Positions 8,078-17,169 of a stretch of 51,703 nt of DNA are shown in pieces. The stretch lies in contig DGEG01000105.1 of NCBI GenBank assembly GCA_002385825.1, positions 596 through 52,298 of the forward strand. The letters run 5' to 3'. How positions within the stretch are numbered: position 1 is the stretch's first letter; each line of letters opens with the position of its first letter. The position numbers were made by a program, and so were the translations under genes. The DNA comes from Firmicutes bacterium UBA3932. Lineage in GTDB: Bacteria > Bacillota > Clostridia > Peptostreptococcales > Anaerovoracaceae. The notes beneath the pieces were generated by a model. The model did not search any database, was not told the DNA's origin, and was given only the letters and a program-made list of their open reading frames with translations.

Positions 8078-9760
8078 ATGAAATATACCACCTTAAAATT
8101 AGGCGAAATATTGATTAAAAGCGGAGCTATGACGGAAGAGGCTCTGGATCGCGCTTTAAAAGAACAGAAGGGCAGCGGTAAGCGGATTGGAGAAATTCTC
8201 ATAAGCGGAGGATACATTACCGAAAAAGATCTTATAAAATCTCTTTGTTCCCAGCTTGACATCGAGTATGTGGATTTAGATACGGTAAAGTTGGATCCTT
8301 CCCTATCCAAATATGTGCCGGAGGCCATTGCAAAACAAAATACGGTAATTCCGATAAATAAGGAAGGAGATATCCTGACCTTGGCCGTCATAGATCCTTT
8401 GAACTACAACGTTATCCGCGATATCGGCTTTTATTCCAAGCTTACGGTTAATGTGGTAATGGCGGAGAGGGCAAAAATCGATAATAAGGTCCATGAGCTT
8501 TACGTGTCCGGAAAGGCCATGGAGGCAGCCAAAGAGTTATCTCAGATTATGTCTGCTATTCCGGAAGAAGCGGAAACGTACCATAGCAACGAACAACCTA
8601 TCGTGCGGTTCGTAAATATGATGATCGAACAGGCAGTAATCCTCAAGGCAAGCGATATACATATTGAACCGGAGGAAGACAAGCTCCGCATTCGCTTTAG
8701 GGTGGACGGGTCTTTAATGACTTATCTGGACGCGGAAAAGGGCATTACATCTGCCGTGGTATCGCGAATCAAATATATAGCCGGAATGAACATAGCTGAG
8801 AAGCGAGTACCTCAGGACGGAAGAATTAAATATAAGAGCGGTGCCCAGGATGTGGATCTGCGTATCTCAACCATTCCCTCAGTATATGGAGAGAAGGTTG
8901 TAATCCGTATTGCAACGGCTCTTAACCTTACCATGGAACGCAGCGAGATCGGTTTCCTGCCTTACAACCTGCGACGCTTTGATGATATTATCAATAAAGA
9001 TCATGGTATCATACTCATAACCGGCCCTACGGGCAGCGGAAAATCTACCACTTTATATACCATTCTTCGAGAAAAGAAAAGCGATGAAGTGAATATCGTC
9101 ACGGTTGAAAATCCGGTGGAGAATGTAATTCCCGGCATTACACAGGTAGATGTAAACGCAAAAGCCGGACTTACCTTTGCTAATGCTCTGCGCTCTATTT
9201 TGAGACAGGATCCGGATATAATCATGGTAGGAGAAATACGTGACGAAGAAACGGCAGATCTCGCCGTAGGAGCTGCTATAACAGGACATTTGGTATTTAG
9301 CACCCTGCATACTTATGATGCTCCAAGCGCCGTTATCAGGCTGGTGGATATGGGAATTGAGCCCTTCTTAGTTTCTGCGGCACTGGTTGGGGTTGTATCT
9401 CAAAGGCTTATTCGCAAAATCTGTCCAAGATGCAAAACCTCTTATGAAGCATCGGAGGACGAACGAAAGGTGCTGGGGATTAATGGAACAGACCGGGAAG
9501 AAGAGGTAATTCTATATAAAGGAAAAGGCTGCAGCTATTGCAACAACACGGGTTACAAAGGTCGCACGGCAATTCATGAAATCATGCCGGTAACTCCAAA
9601 GATCCGCAAAGCCATTTATGACAGGGTCAGCAACGACGAGCTGAAACAGGCGGCCATTGATGAGGGCATGATCACGCTGTTGGGGGATGTTCGCATTCGC
9701 GTAATGCAGGGTGTGACAACCTACGAAGAAATGATAAAACTCTATGCAAACATCTGGTAG
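8078..9760 (+). CDS. pilB: T4P assembly ATPase PilB (GspE family) with an N-terminal MshEN-like domain
   Basis: Walker A GPTGSGKST, Asp/His boxes, and the tetracysteine CPRC...CSYC. The N-terminus carries two RLGxxLLxxG-type repeats. Confidence 0.93.
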   Translation: MKYTTLKLGEILIKSGAMTEEALDRALKEQKGSGKRIGEILISGGYITEKDLIKSLCSQLDIEYVDLDTVKLDPSLSKYVPEAIAKQNTVIPINKEGDILTLAVIDPLNYNVIRDIGFYSKLTVNVVMAERAKIDNKVHELYVSGKAMEAAKELSQIMSAIPEEAETYHSNEQPIVRFVNMMIEQAVILKASDIHIEPEEDKLRIRFRVDGSLMTYLDAEKGITSAVVSRIKYIAGMNIAEKRVPQDGRIKYKSGAQDVDLRISTIPSVYGEKVVIRIATALNLTMERSEIGFLPYNLRRFDDIINKDHGIILITGPTGSGKSTTLYTILREKKSDEVNIVTVENPVENVIPGITQVDVNAKAGLTFANALRSILRQDPDIIMVGEIRDEETADLAVGAAITGHLVFSTLHTYDAPSAVIRLVDMGIEPFLVSAALVGVVSQRLIRKICPRCKTSYEASEDERKVLGINGTDREEEVILYKGKGCSYCNNTGYKGRTAIHEIMPVTPKIRKAIYDRVSNDELKQAAIDEGMITLLGDVRIRVMQGVTTYEEMIKLYANIW

Positions 9761-9775
9761 CCGGGAGAGGAAAGA

Positions 9776-11035
9776 TTGAATTACAAGTATCGCGCAATCG
9801 ATTCATCGGGGAAAAAAATATCTGGCAATATCGCCGCGCGGGATAAAGCCGCGGCCATTTCAGCGTTGAAAGGCCGGGGTCTTACGCCTTTGTACGTTAA
9901 AGAGATAAATGAAAGAACCGGCAATATTGAATCTTCTGAGCCGGCAATAATAAAACGCATATCAGATATGGAGTTTATCAAAGAAGATAATTACAAAATA
10001 AAGCTTAAGAGCAAAACCGTTCTCGGCATCCTCAATCAGTTTGCGGTCTTGACAAAAGCAGGAATACCGCTGACTGTCAGCATGCAGGTGCTTTTAAGTC
10101 AAGAAAAAGACAGGCGGGGCAAAAAAATCCTTGCCGAAATTCAGGAAGACCTTTTAGCAGGTCGTACCCTTTCGGATTCTATGGCAAAATTTCGCGCTTT
10201 CAATGAAGTTACAGTAAATGTCATATCTGCAGGAGAGGCAAACGGCAGATTGGATGAGGCTTTTGAAAGGGCATCCAAAATTTTAGAAAACGAAGTTGCC
10301 ATAACGCAAAAAGTAAGAAGTGCCATGGGTTATCCCGTATTTCTGCTCTGCCTCACATTTACGGTAATTACCATCCTTAATTTAGTTGTGTTGCCTATTT
10401 TTGCAAACATGTTCCAGCGGTTCGGGCGAGAGCTTCCCTTTGTAACCAAAGTTATCATGTCCGGATCGGACCTGTTTTTAAGCTATTGGTACCTTTTTGC
10501 TCTGTTTGTCATATTAGGGATATCCGCTTATTTTTACGCCCGAAGGAACTCGAGGAACTTTCGCGAGAAAACCGATCAATTGGTTTTAAAACTGCCATTG
10601 ATCGGCGATATCTTTGAGAAAATGTATATCTCAAGGTTTAGCAGGGTCATGTCTTCACTGACAGGAGCCGGCGTGGAAATTATCCACGCTTTGACGATGG
10701 CTGCCAGGGTGATTCCCAACACCTACATAAGGCAATTTTTCAACAAAGTGCTGGAGGATGTCAAAGTGGGCATGCCCATAAGCACCTCAATGCGCCGTTA
10801 TCCCATCTTCGATTCCCTCTTGATTTCCATGATCAGCGCAGGAGAGGAGTCGGGGAATCTCCCCGGTGTACTGGATAAGATAGCCGAAGTATACGAAAGG
10901 CAGACAGAATCTCAGGTAAAACTTTTTACCACCTTAATTGAGCCGGCTATGACCGTGATCATTGCTATTGTTGTGGGTGTTGTGGTGATATCGGTAGTTG
11001 TCCCCATGTTTCAACAGTACAGCCTCATGTTATAA
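9776..11035 (+). CDS. pilC: T4P platform protein PilC (GspF family)
   Basis: TTG start after a GGGAGAGG SD. Duplicated GspF-type architecture with three TM segments. It immediately follows pilB. Confidence 0.9.
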   Translation: MNYKYRAIDSSGKKISGNIAARDKAAAISALKGRGLTPLYVKEINERTGNIESSEPAIIKRISDMEFIKEDNYKIKLKSKTVLGILNQFAVLTKAGIPLTVSMQVLLSQEKDRRGKKILAEIQEDLLAGRTLSDSMAKFRAFNEVTVNVISAGEANGRLDEAFERASKILENEVAITQKVRSAMGYPVFLLCLTFTVITILNLVVLPIFANMFQRFGRELPFVTKVIMSGSDLFLSYWYLFALFVILGISAYFYARRNSRNFREKTDQLVLKLPLIGDIFEKMYISRFSRVMSSLTGAGVEIIHALTMAARVIPNTYIRQFFNKVLEDVKVGMPISTSMRRYPIFDSLLISMISAGEESGNLPGVLDKIAEVYERQTESQVKLFTTLIEPAMTVIIAIVVGVVVISVVVPMFQQYSLML

Positions 11036-11135
11036 AACCCGTTTTGGAACCCTTTCATTTTTCTATCTATTATGCTATTATCAATTAGTTACGAAATAAA
11101 TCAGAATATATGGGAAAGAAGGCAATGATTGCATC

Positions 11136-11933
11136 ATGAGCATAGTGGGCGATATTATCCAAAAAAGCAGGAAAATCGTGGTCAAGATTGGCAGCCAGAC
11201 CTTATCGGATGAACACGGTGCGGTCAACCATGAAGCTTTGCACAATATCGTTGAACAGCTTCATGCACTGATGGAAAAAGGGAAACAGATCATCATCGTT
11301 TCTTCCGGAGCCGGCATTTGCGGCGTGGGCGCCATCAACAAATGGCATCGAAAGGAAGACATGAACTATAAGCAAGCACTTTGCGCCATCGGTCAGGTAG
11401 AACTCATGATGGCCTATAAGGAGCTCTTTTGGGAATACGGAATTCATGTCGGACAGATGCTTTTGACCCGTGATGATTTCGGAGATCCGACGAGGAACTT
11501 GCATATAAGAAACACATTGTTCACCTTGGTGGATGAAGGAGTTGTTCCCATTATCAATGAAAATGACAGCGTAAGCGTAGAGGAGATCAAAATCGGTGAC
11601 AATGATACCCTCAGCGCTTTGGCAGCCAACCTGTGGGGAGCGGATCTGCTGATAATACTGAGCGATATCGACGGCGTATATAACAAAAATCCGAAGGATA
11701 ATTCGGACGCAAAGCTTATAGAAGAGGTTCATGATATAGAAAGCCTGAAGAAGGAGATCGATTCAGCCGGCAAGAGCAATTTTGGTACGGGCGGAGTAGT
11801 CACCAAGATAACAGCTGCAGAGATGGTTACAAAATACGGGATTCATCTCGTCTTGGCAAACGGAACAAAACCGGATATTTTACGTAAAATAGCGGAAGGA
11901 ACCGAAAAAGCCACCATATTCTACGGCAAATAA
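11136..11933 (+). CDS. proB: Glutamate 5-kinase, short form without PUA domain
   Basis: VVKIGSQTL N-terminus and an amino-acid kinase fold (VSSGA, NENDSV, GDNDTLSA). At 265 aa it ends where the PUA domain would begin. Confidence 0.9.
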   Translation: MSIVGDIIQKSRKIVVKIGSQTLSDEHGAVNHEALHNIVEQLHALMEKGKQIIIVSSGAGICGVGAINKWHRKEDMNYKQALCAIGQVELMMAYKELFWEYGIHVGQMLLTRDDFGDPTRNLHIRNTLFTLVDEGVVPIINENDSVSVEEIKIGDNDTLSALAANLWGADLLIILSDIDGVYNKNPKDNSDAKLIEEVHDIESLKKEIDSAGKSNFGTGGVVTKITAAEMVTKYGIHLVLANGTKPDILRKIAEGTEKATIFYGK

Positions 11934-11963
11934 CTCTACCGTTAGGAAAGGAAGGATGGCAAA

Positions 11964-12797
11964 ATGAAGTTAGGGTTTATCGGAATCGGAAACATGGGTA
12001 ATGCCATATTAAAAGGCTATTTAACGGCCAATCCCGGATCGGAGAAAGCTATCTTCGCCTATGACAAGGATCAGGACAGACTCAAATCCGTAAGCGAACA
12101 AACGGGGATAAATGCATGCGACAGAGTTCCTTCCGTGGTAGAAAAGAGCGATATAGTGATCCTGGCAATAAAGCCGGATATCTTCGGCCGGGTTCTTAGT
12201 GAAGTTGCTGTTGCAATGGATTGGGAGAAGAAAATCATCGTTTCCATAGCAGCGGGCATTACTCTGAACTACATTTATGAACAATGCAGGGAGAGCGCAG
12301 GAGCGTCCGGCGAAGAGAATTTCCGGTGCAAGGCAGTCCGGGTAATGCCCAATACTCCGGCGCTTATCGGAAAAGGAATGAGCGCGCTGACCCGAAATGA
12401 ATGGATCCGGGATGAAGAAATGGAAAAGGTCATGGCCATTTTCCGAGGAACAGGTAAGGCGGAAGAGGTGGATGAGAAGCTCATGGACTGCGTCGTAGGC
12501 GTTTCGGGAAGTTCGCCTGCATACGTTTATATGTTTATCGAGGCCCTGGCTGACGGAGCTGTGGCTTTGGGCATGAATCGCAAGCAAGCTTATACATTTG
12601 CCGCCCAGGCAGTGGCCGGATCGGCGGAGATGGTGCTGGAAACAGGGCTGCATCCCGGGGAACTGAAGGACAGGGTCTGCTCGCCGGGCGGGACAACGAT
12701 TGAAGCGGTAGCATCCCTGGAAATGAACGGGTTTAGAAGCGCGGTTATAAACGCTGTGAAAACTGCTGCGGAGAAATCCATGCAGATGACTAAATAG
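11964..12797 (+). CDS. proC: Pyrroline-5-carboxylate reductase
   Basis: GFIGIGNMGNAI Rossmann motif. C-terminal SPGGTT signature (VCSPGGTTIEA). Confidence 0.92.
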   Translation: MKLGFIGIGNMGNAILKGYLTANPGSEKAIFAYDKDQDRLKSVSEQTGINACDRVPSVVEKSDIVILAIKPDIFGRVLSEVAVAMDWEKKIIVSIAAGITLNYIYEQCRESAGASGEENFRCKAVRVMPNTPALIGKGMSALTRNEWIRDEEMEKVMAIFRGTGKAEEVDEKLMDCVVGVSGSSPAYVYMFIEALADGAVALGMNRKQAYTFAAQAVAGSAEMVLETGLHPGELKDRVCSPGGTTIEAVASLEMNGFRSAVINAVKTAAEKSMQMTK

Positions 12798-12828
12798 CCG
12801 GATTTAACCGGTTGAAGGAGTTATTTTT

Positions 12829-13371
12829 ATGACTTTTGAAGAGAAAACCCTCTCCAGCGAGAGAATATATGAAGGAACCATATTAAATCTGCGTAAAGAC
12901 AAAGTCCTTGTGGCAGGCGGAACGACCTCCTATCGTGAGATCGTGGAGCATCGCGGCGGAGTGGCGCTGGCTGCAGTCACTGACGATAAGAAAATGGTTT
13001 TGGTGCGCCAGTTTCGCAAGGCAGCGGGAAAAGTAATTCTGGAAGTACCGGCGGGGAAGATCGAAAACGGCGAAAAGGAAGAACCCCGGCTTACGGCCAT
13101 TCGCGAGCTGAAGGAGGAGACGGGATACACGGCTTCAAAAATAGAACATATTACGTCCTTCTATTCTTCTGTCGGCTATTCGGAGGAAGTTATTCATCTG
13201 TATTATGCAACGGGCCTTGTACCGGGGGAAACGGAATTCGATGCCCACGAAGCATTGGATATTGTAGAGTATGATATAGCTGAACTGAAACAGATGGTAT
13301 TGGACGGCAAAATCGAAGACGCCAAGACCATTGCGGCTATCATGATAGTTGCTGTAAAAGAGGGGATATAA
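12829..13371 (+). CDS. nudF: ADP-ribose pyrophosphatase (Nudix)
   Basis: Nudix box GKIENGEKEEPRLTAIRELKEETG. Size and N-terminal beta-domain are typical of NudF/YqkG. Confidence 0.85.
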   Translation: MTFEEKTLSSERIYEGTILNLRKDKVLVAGGTTSYREIVEHRGGVALAAVTDDKKMVLVRQFRKAAGKVILEVPAGKIENGEKEEPRLTAIRELKEETGYTASKIEHITSFYSSVGYSEEVIHLYYATGLVPGETEFDAHEALDIVEYDIAELKQMVLDGKIEDAKTIAAIMIVAVKEGI

Positions 13372-13957
13372 AGGATTCGATAAAGCATCCGAAAAGCACT
13401 AATGCTGCCATTACTGTTTGAAAAATCATAAAAGAACCGGCTCTATCGGCCAGGTTCTTTTTTAATTGGGACGGTCCGCAGGCAAGAATATCTAAAGCCA
13501 GCCTCAGGGATGCTATGGCCGAGCCGAACAATGCGGGGATAATAAAAAGATTGGGTGGAAACAAGGTGAGAAGAACCAGAAACACTCCTCTTGCATCGAA
13601 GGTGTCCGTTAGCAGCGCAGCAGCAAATCCCAAAGCTGCTCCCTTATAAATCAGCGCCAGCAGAGCCGCCGGGAATCCTATAATCGTCAGACCGCCCAGC
13701 ATAATTATCAACAGAAGGCCAAGGTTTGCAGCTGACGATGCCAGGAACAGATCGGGCAAGAGATCTCCCATAGGTCCGGATATGGTAAGATGCAAATCAA
13801 GAAAACCCTGTATGTTTTCTTTTGCATCATCTGACAACAGGAGTTCGGTAAATGCGCCCATGGCTATCCCGGTCATGAAACAGAACAACACGAGCAGCAG
13901 CAGCCGATCGTTGCCGTAAACCAGCAAAGTTATTCTATCGGATGGTTTTCGTTTCAT
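13340..13957 (-). CDS. spoIIM: Stage II sporulation protein M
   Basis: 5-TM protein whose LFPPNLFIIPALFGSAIA segment parallels B. subtilis SpoIIM (LPQNLILIPV...). AGGGAG SD. The 3' end overlaps nudF by 32 nt. Confidence 0.75.
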   Translation of the reverse strand: MKRKPSDRITLLVYGNDRLLLLVLFCFMTGIAMGAFTELLLSDDAKENIQGFLDLHLTISGPMGDLLPDLFLASSAANLGLLLIIMLGGLTIIGFPAALLALIYKGAALGFAAALLTDTFDARGVFLVLLTLFPPNLFIIPALFGSAIASLRLALDILACGPSQLKKNLADRAGSFMIFQTVMAALVLFGCFIESFISPLLQQLS

Positions 13958-14079
13958 AGGCGTCTCCCTTTATTACTGCGTTAATTCTGTTTTCGGAGGT
14001 CTCTCTTTCCCAATGTATGTCCAAGAGCGTAATATTAGTACTTAAAATACTGTATTTTGAACTAATAGACAAAAGGTTA

Positions 14080-14108
14080 TTGTAAACTTAATAGGTGTGG
14101 GATATACT
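14080..14108 (+). promoter_or_regulatory. Candidate sigma-A promoter for the xerD-like gene
   Basis: TTGTAA, 17-nt spacer, TATACT. Confidence 0.4.
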
Positions 14109-14137
14109 AAAGCCATAAAGGGAAAAGGGGTTAAAAA

Positions 14138-15028
14138 ATGAATAGCTATCTCTCGGAATTCACGGAATATCTGGCAGAGAAAAAAGCACTGGCCCGGAAT
14201 TCCTTGCTGGCCTATGAGAGAGATGTTCGCGGTTTCTATGCTTTCTTGCAGGAAAAGGGGATAAGGGATTTCCGTGATGTTACGAAAACGGAAGTTGTCG
14301 CATACCTTTTGGCTTTGAAGAACCAGGACAAATCTGCAGCAACCGTAAATCGAAAATTGGCATCACTGCGCGCATTCTTTCAATATTTAGAATCATACAA
14401 AGGCTTTGCTCAAGATCCCACCGAAGGCATAAAATCTCCGAAAATCGAACGAAAGAAATTGGAATACCTCACCGTTGAAGAGGTTGAAAAACTATTGGCA
14501 CAGCCGGATGACTCTGTTAAAGGCCGTAGAGACAGGGCTTTGCTGGAAGTTCTATACGCTTCGGGGATGAGGGTGAGCGAGGTTGCAGCTATCGATCTTC
14601 CCAACATCAATCTTCGAATAGGCTTCATTATGACCGGTCAGTCATCCGGAAAACCGCGGATTATTCCTTTGGGCAGACCGGCCAGGGCAGCTTTGGAAAC
14701 ATACATATATGAAGCCAGACCCGTGTTGCTTCGAAACAGGGAATCGGAAGAGAAGGCATTGTTTGTAAACTATAATGGGGAGCGGCTTACAAGACAGGGG
14801 ATTTGGAAAATCATCAAGGAAAATGCCAAAGCTGTCAACCTTGAGACGAAAATCACTCCAAAGACCCTTCGAAATTCTTTTGCGGTACATATGATACAGA
14901 ACGGGGCAGATCTGAAGACTCTTCAAGAGCTGCTGGGGCATGAGGATTTAACCGCAACTCAAGTGTACTTGAGCTTTTCTAAGAACCGGATAAAGGATGT
15001 TTATGACAATACCCATCCCAGAGCTTAA
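14138..15028 (+). CDS. xerD: XerC/XerD-family tyrosine recombinase
   Basis: SAM-like N-domain. Catalytic elements are ASGMRVSE (Arg), LLGH, and TQVY (Tyr). Box II reads PKTLRNSFAVH instead of the usual PHxLRHSFATH. Confidence 0.8.
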   Translation: MNSYLSEFTEYLAEKKALARNSLLAYERDVRGFYAFLQEKGIRDFRDVTKTEVVAYLLALKNQDKSAATVNRKLASLRAFFQYLESYKGFAQDPTEGIKSPKIERKKLEYLTVEEVEKLLAQPDDSVKGRRDRALLEVLYASGMRVSEVAAIDLPNINLRIGFIMTGQSSGKPRIIPLGRPARAALETYIYEARPVLLRNRESEEKALFVNYNGERLTRQGIWKIIKENAKAVNLETKITPKTLRNSFAVHMIQNGADLKTLQELLGHEDLTATQVYLSFSKNRIKDVYDNTHPRA

Positions 15029-15035
15029 AAAGTGC

Positions 15036-15064
15036 TTGATTCTGTATCATGTTTATGTTAAAAT
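15036..15064 (+). promoter_or_regulatory. Candidate extended -10 promoter for rplS
   Basis: TTGATT, 17-nt spacer, TGtTAAAAT. Confidence 0.5.
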
Positions 15065-15160
15065 CACCGATGTATTACGGACGGTCCTCTGGATAAAGCT
15101 TAAGCAAAGGCTTTAAGCGCTTGGATACCATGAACGTCTATGAGGGGAGGAGGAACCAAG

Positions 15161-15508
15161 ATGGACGTGATGAAGGCCATTGAGCAGGATTATCTAAAGA
15201 CAGACCTGCCCAAGTTCAACGTCGGCGACACGGTAAGGGTCCATATAAAGATCAAAGAAGGTTCTCGTGAGAGAATTCAGGTCTTTGAAGGCTTCGTACT
15301 CAAGAAGCAGAGCGGCGGACTCAGTGAAACTTTCACTGTTAGAAGAATAGCATCCGGCGTCGGCGTAGAAAAGACTTTCCCGCTTCATTCGCCCAGGATT
15401 GACAAAATAGAAGTAGTCAGACAGGGCGATGTAAGAAGAGCTAAGCTGAACTATATGAGGGAAAGAACCGGTAAAGCAGCTAAGATTAAAAGCAAAGAAG
15501 GGAACTAA
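15161..15508 (+). CDS. rplS: Ribosomal protein L19
   Basis: [13 protein letters not shown]...[10 protein letters not shown]... is the L19 signature. The GAGGGGAGGAGG SD favours the ATG at 15161 over the tracked 15140. Confidence 0.95.
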   Translation: MDVMKAIEQDYLKTDLPKFNVGDTVRVHIKIKEGSRERIQVFEGFVLKKQSGGLSETFTVRRIASGVGVEKTFPLHSPRIDKIEVVRQGDVRRAKLNYMRERTGKAAKIKSKEGN

Positions 15509-15517
15509 TAAAAGGAA

Positions 15518-15542
15518 GGGGCCTATACGGCCCCCTTTTTTT
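15518..15542 (+). terminator. Intrinsic terminator after rplS
   Basis: GGGGCC-tatac-GGCCCC stem-loop followed by T7. Confidence 0.85.
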
Positions 15543-15560
15543 AAATACACCGAGGAAGAA

Positions 15561-16400
15561 ATGATGCAAAACATAAATTGGTATCCCGGACACATGAAGA
15601 AGACCCGGGAACTGATACAGCAAAACTTAAAATTGGTGGATGCGGTAATAGAGGTTCTTGATGCAAGAATTCCTGTTTCGAGCAAAAATCCCATTATAGA
15701 CGAATTGGTACGGGGGAAACCGAGAATTATCGCATTCAACAAGAGCGATCTGGCTGACGAGAAAGCTGTGGATGCCTGGATCGATCATTTCCGTGAGCAG
15801 GCAATTCCCGCAATAGCCATAAACGCCAATTCAGGTGCGGGAGTCCCTGGGCTGCTGAAACTTCTGGAAGACATTCAAGAAAAACGAAATCAGGACAGGC
15901 TCCGTCATAAACCTTTGCGCCTCATGATAGTAGGGGTCCCCAATGTAGGGAAGTCATCTCTGATCAACAGGCTTACGGGACGCAAGAGCGCCCAAATCGG
16001 CAATCGCCCCGGAGTCACCAGAGGAAAGCAATGGCTTACCATGGAAAACGGCATGCAGCTCTTAGATACTCCTGGAATACTCTGGCCGAAATTTGAGGAT
16101 CAAACAACCGGCCGTAATTTGGCATTTTGCGGAGCCATAAAAGATGAAATTTTAGATGTGGCAAATCTTGCACTCGAGTTGATCGATGCCCTTTCTGCAA
16201 ATTATGGAGATCTGCTTATGGCAAGATATAAAATTGAAGGGTTAGGAGAGACGCCTCTGGAAACAATGGAGGCCATCGCTCAAAAACGAGGATTTATCCT
16301 GCCGGGAAAACGCATCGACTATGAGCGTACAGGCCGCACTATACTGGATGAGTTTAGAAGAGGACTAATCGGAAAAATCACCCTGGAGCATCTTGTTTAG
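15561..16400 (+). CDS. rbgA: Ribosome biogenesis GTPase A (YlqF)
   Basis: Circularly permuted GTPase: NKSDL (G4) comes before GVPNVGKSS (G1) and DTPG (G3). The N-terminus is NWYPGHM. Confidence 0.93.
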   Translation: MMQNINWYPGHMKKTRELIQQNLKLVDAVIEVLDARIPVSSKNPIIDELVRGKPRIIAFNKSDLADEKAVDAWIDHFREQAIPAIAINANSGAGVPGLLKLLEDIQEKRNQDRLRHKPLRLMIVGVPNVGKSSLINRLTGRKSAQIGNRPGVTRGKQWLTMENGMQLLDTPGILWPKFEDQTTGRNLAFCGAIKDEILDVANLALELIDALSANYGDLLMARYKIEGLGETPLETMEAIAQKRGFILPGKRIDYERTGRTILDEFRRGLIGKITLEHLV

Positions 16401-16467
16401 CGGAGACGATTTCAGATAAAGAACAACGCCCGTATAAATAGAATCTATTCGAAGAAAGGTAGTCCCA

Positions 16468-17169
16468 ATGAAAAAGGAAGAACGCCTGCAGCTTCTTCAG
16501 GAAAAACTGGTCAGGATGAAGCAGCACGAGAACGCCCTCTATGAGAAGGGCATTCAGTACATAGCAGGAGTAGATGAAGCAGGCAGAGGCCCACTGGCGG
16601 GGCCGGTAGTTGCTGCCGCCGTGGTTTTGCCTAAGGATTTTAATATATTGGGAGTAGACGACTCCAAAAAACTGTCGCCGAAAAAGCGGGAAGAACTTTT
16701 CGTGCTGATTAAAGAGGCTGCCGTAGCTTACGGCATCGGGTGCGTAGACAATGAGACAATAGACCGGATCAATATCCTGGAAGCCACAAAACTGGCTATG
16801 AAAGATGCGCTGAGGCAGTTGGAAGCCAGTTTGCGTTCAATCCTGGGAGAAGAATGGAAAAAACTAACGGGAGATGAAAATAGACAAAAACCCTGCTGCA
16901 TCCAGCATATTTTAATTGATGGACTTGCTCTTCCGGATGTACCTATTCCGCAGACCGCTATCGTACACGGAGATGCAATCAGCGTGTCCATCGCCGCCGC
17001 TTCCATACTGGCCAAGGTGACCCGGGACCAAATAATGATGGATAACCACAGGATCTATCCCGGATACGCCTTTGACTGCAATAAAGGCTATGGGACGAAA
17101 GCCCACTATGAGGGGATTAAACTATATGGGCTTTGCCCCATTCACCGCAGGACGTTTTTACACAAGTAG
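16468..17169 (+). CDS. rnhB: Ribonuclease HII
   Basis: GVDEAGRGPLAGPVV active-site motif and DSKKLS. Conserved position after rbgA. Confidence 0.93.
   Translation: MKKEERLQLLQEKLVRMKQHENALYEKGIQYIAGVDEAGRGPLAGPVVAAAVVLPKDFNILGVDDSKKLSPKKREELFVLIKEAAVAYGIGCVDNETIDRINILEATKLAMKDALRQLEASLRSILGEEWKKLTGDENRQKPCCIQHILIDGLALPDVPIPQTAIVHGDAISVSIAAASILAKVTRDQIMMDNHRIYPGYAFDCNKGYGTKAHYEGIKLYGLCPIHRRTFLHK

Noticed and set aside
14138-15028. Tyrosine recombinase as a marker of an integrated mobile element or phage.
   Set aside because: It has Xer-type domain organisation, housekeeping neighbours (spoIIM, rplS), and no flanking direct repeats, tRNA target or cargo genes.
15065-15160. Possible L19 (rplS) leader autoregulatory RNA between the promoter and rplS.
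   Set aside because: The position is right and a GCTTAA/TTAAGC hairpin exists. I cannot recall or verify the Rfam RF00556 consensus well enough to call it, so it needs cmsearch.
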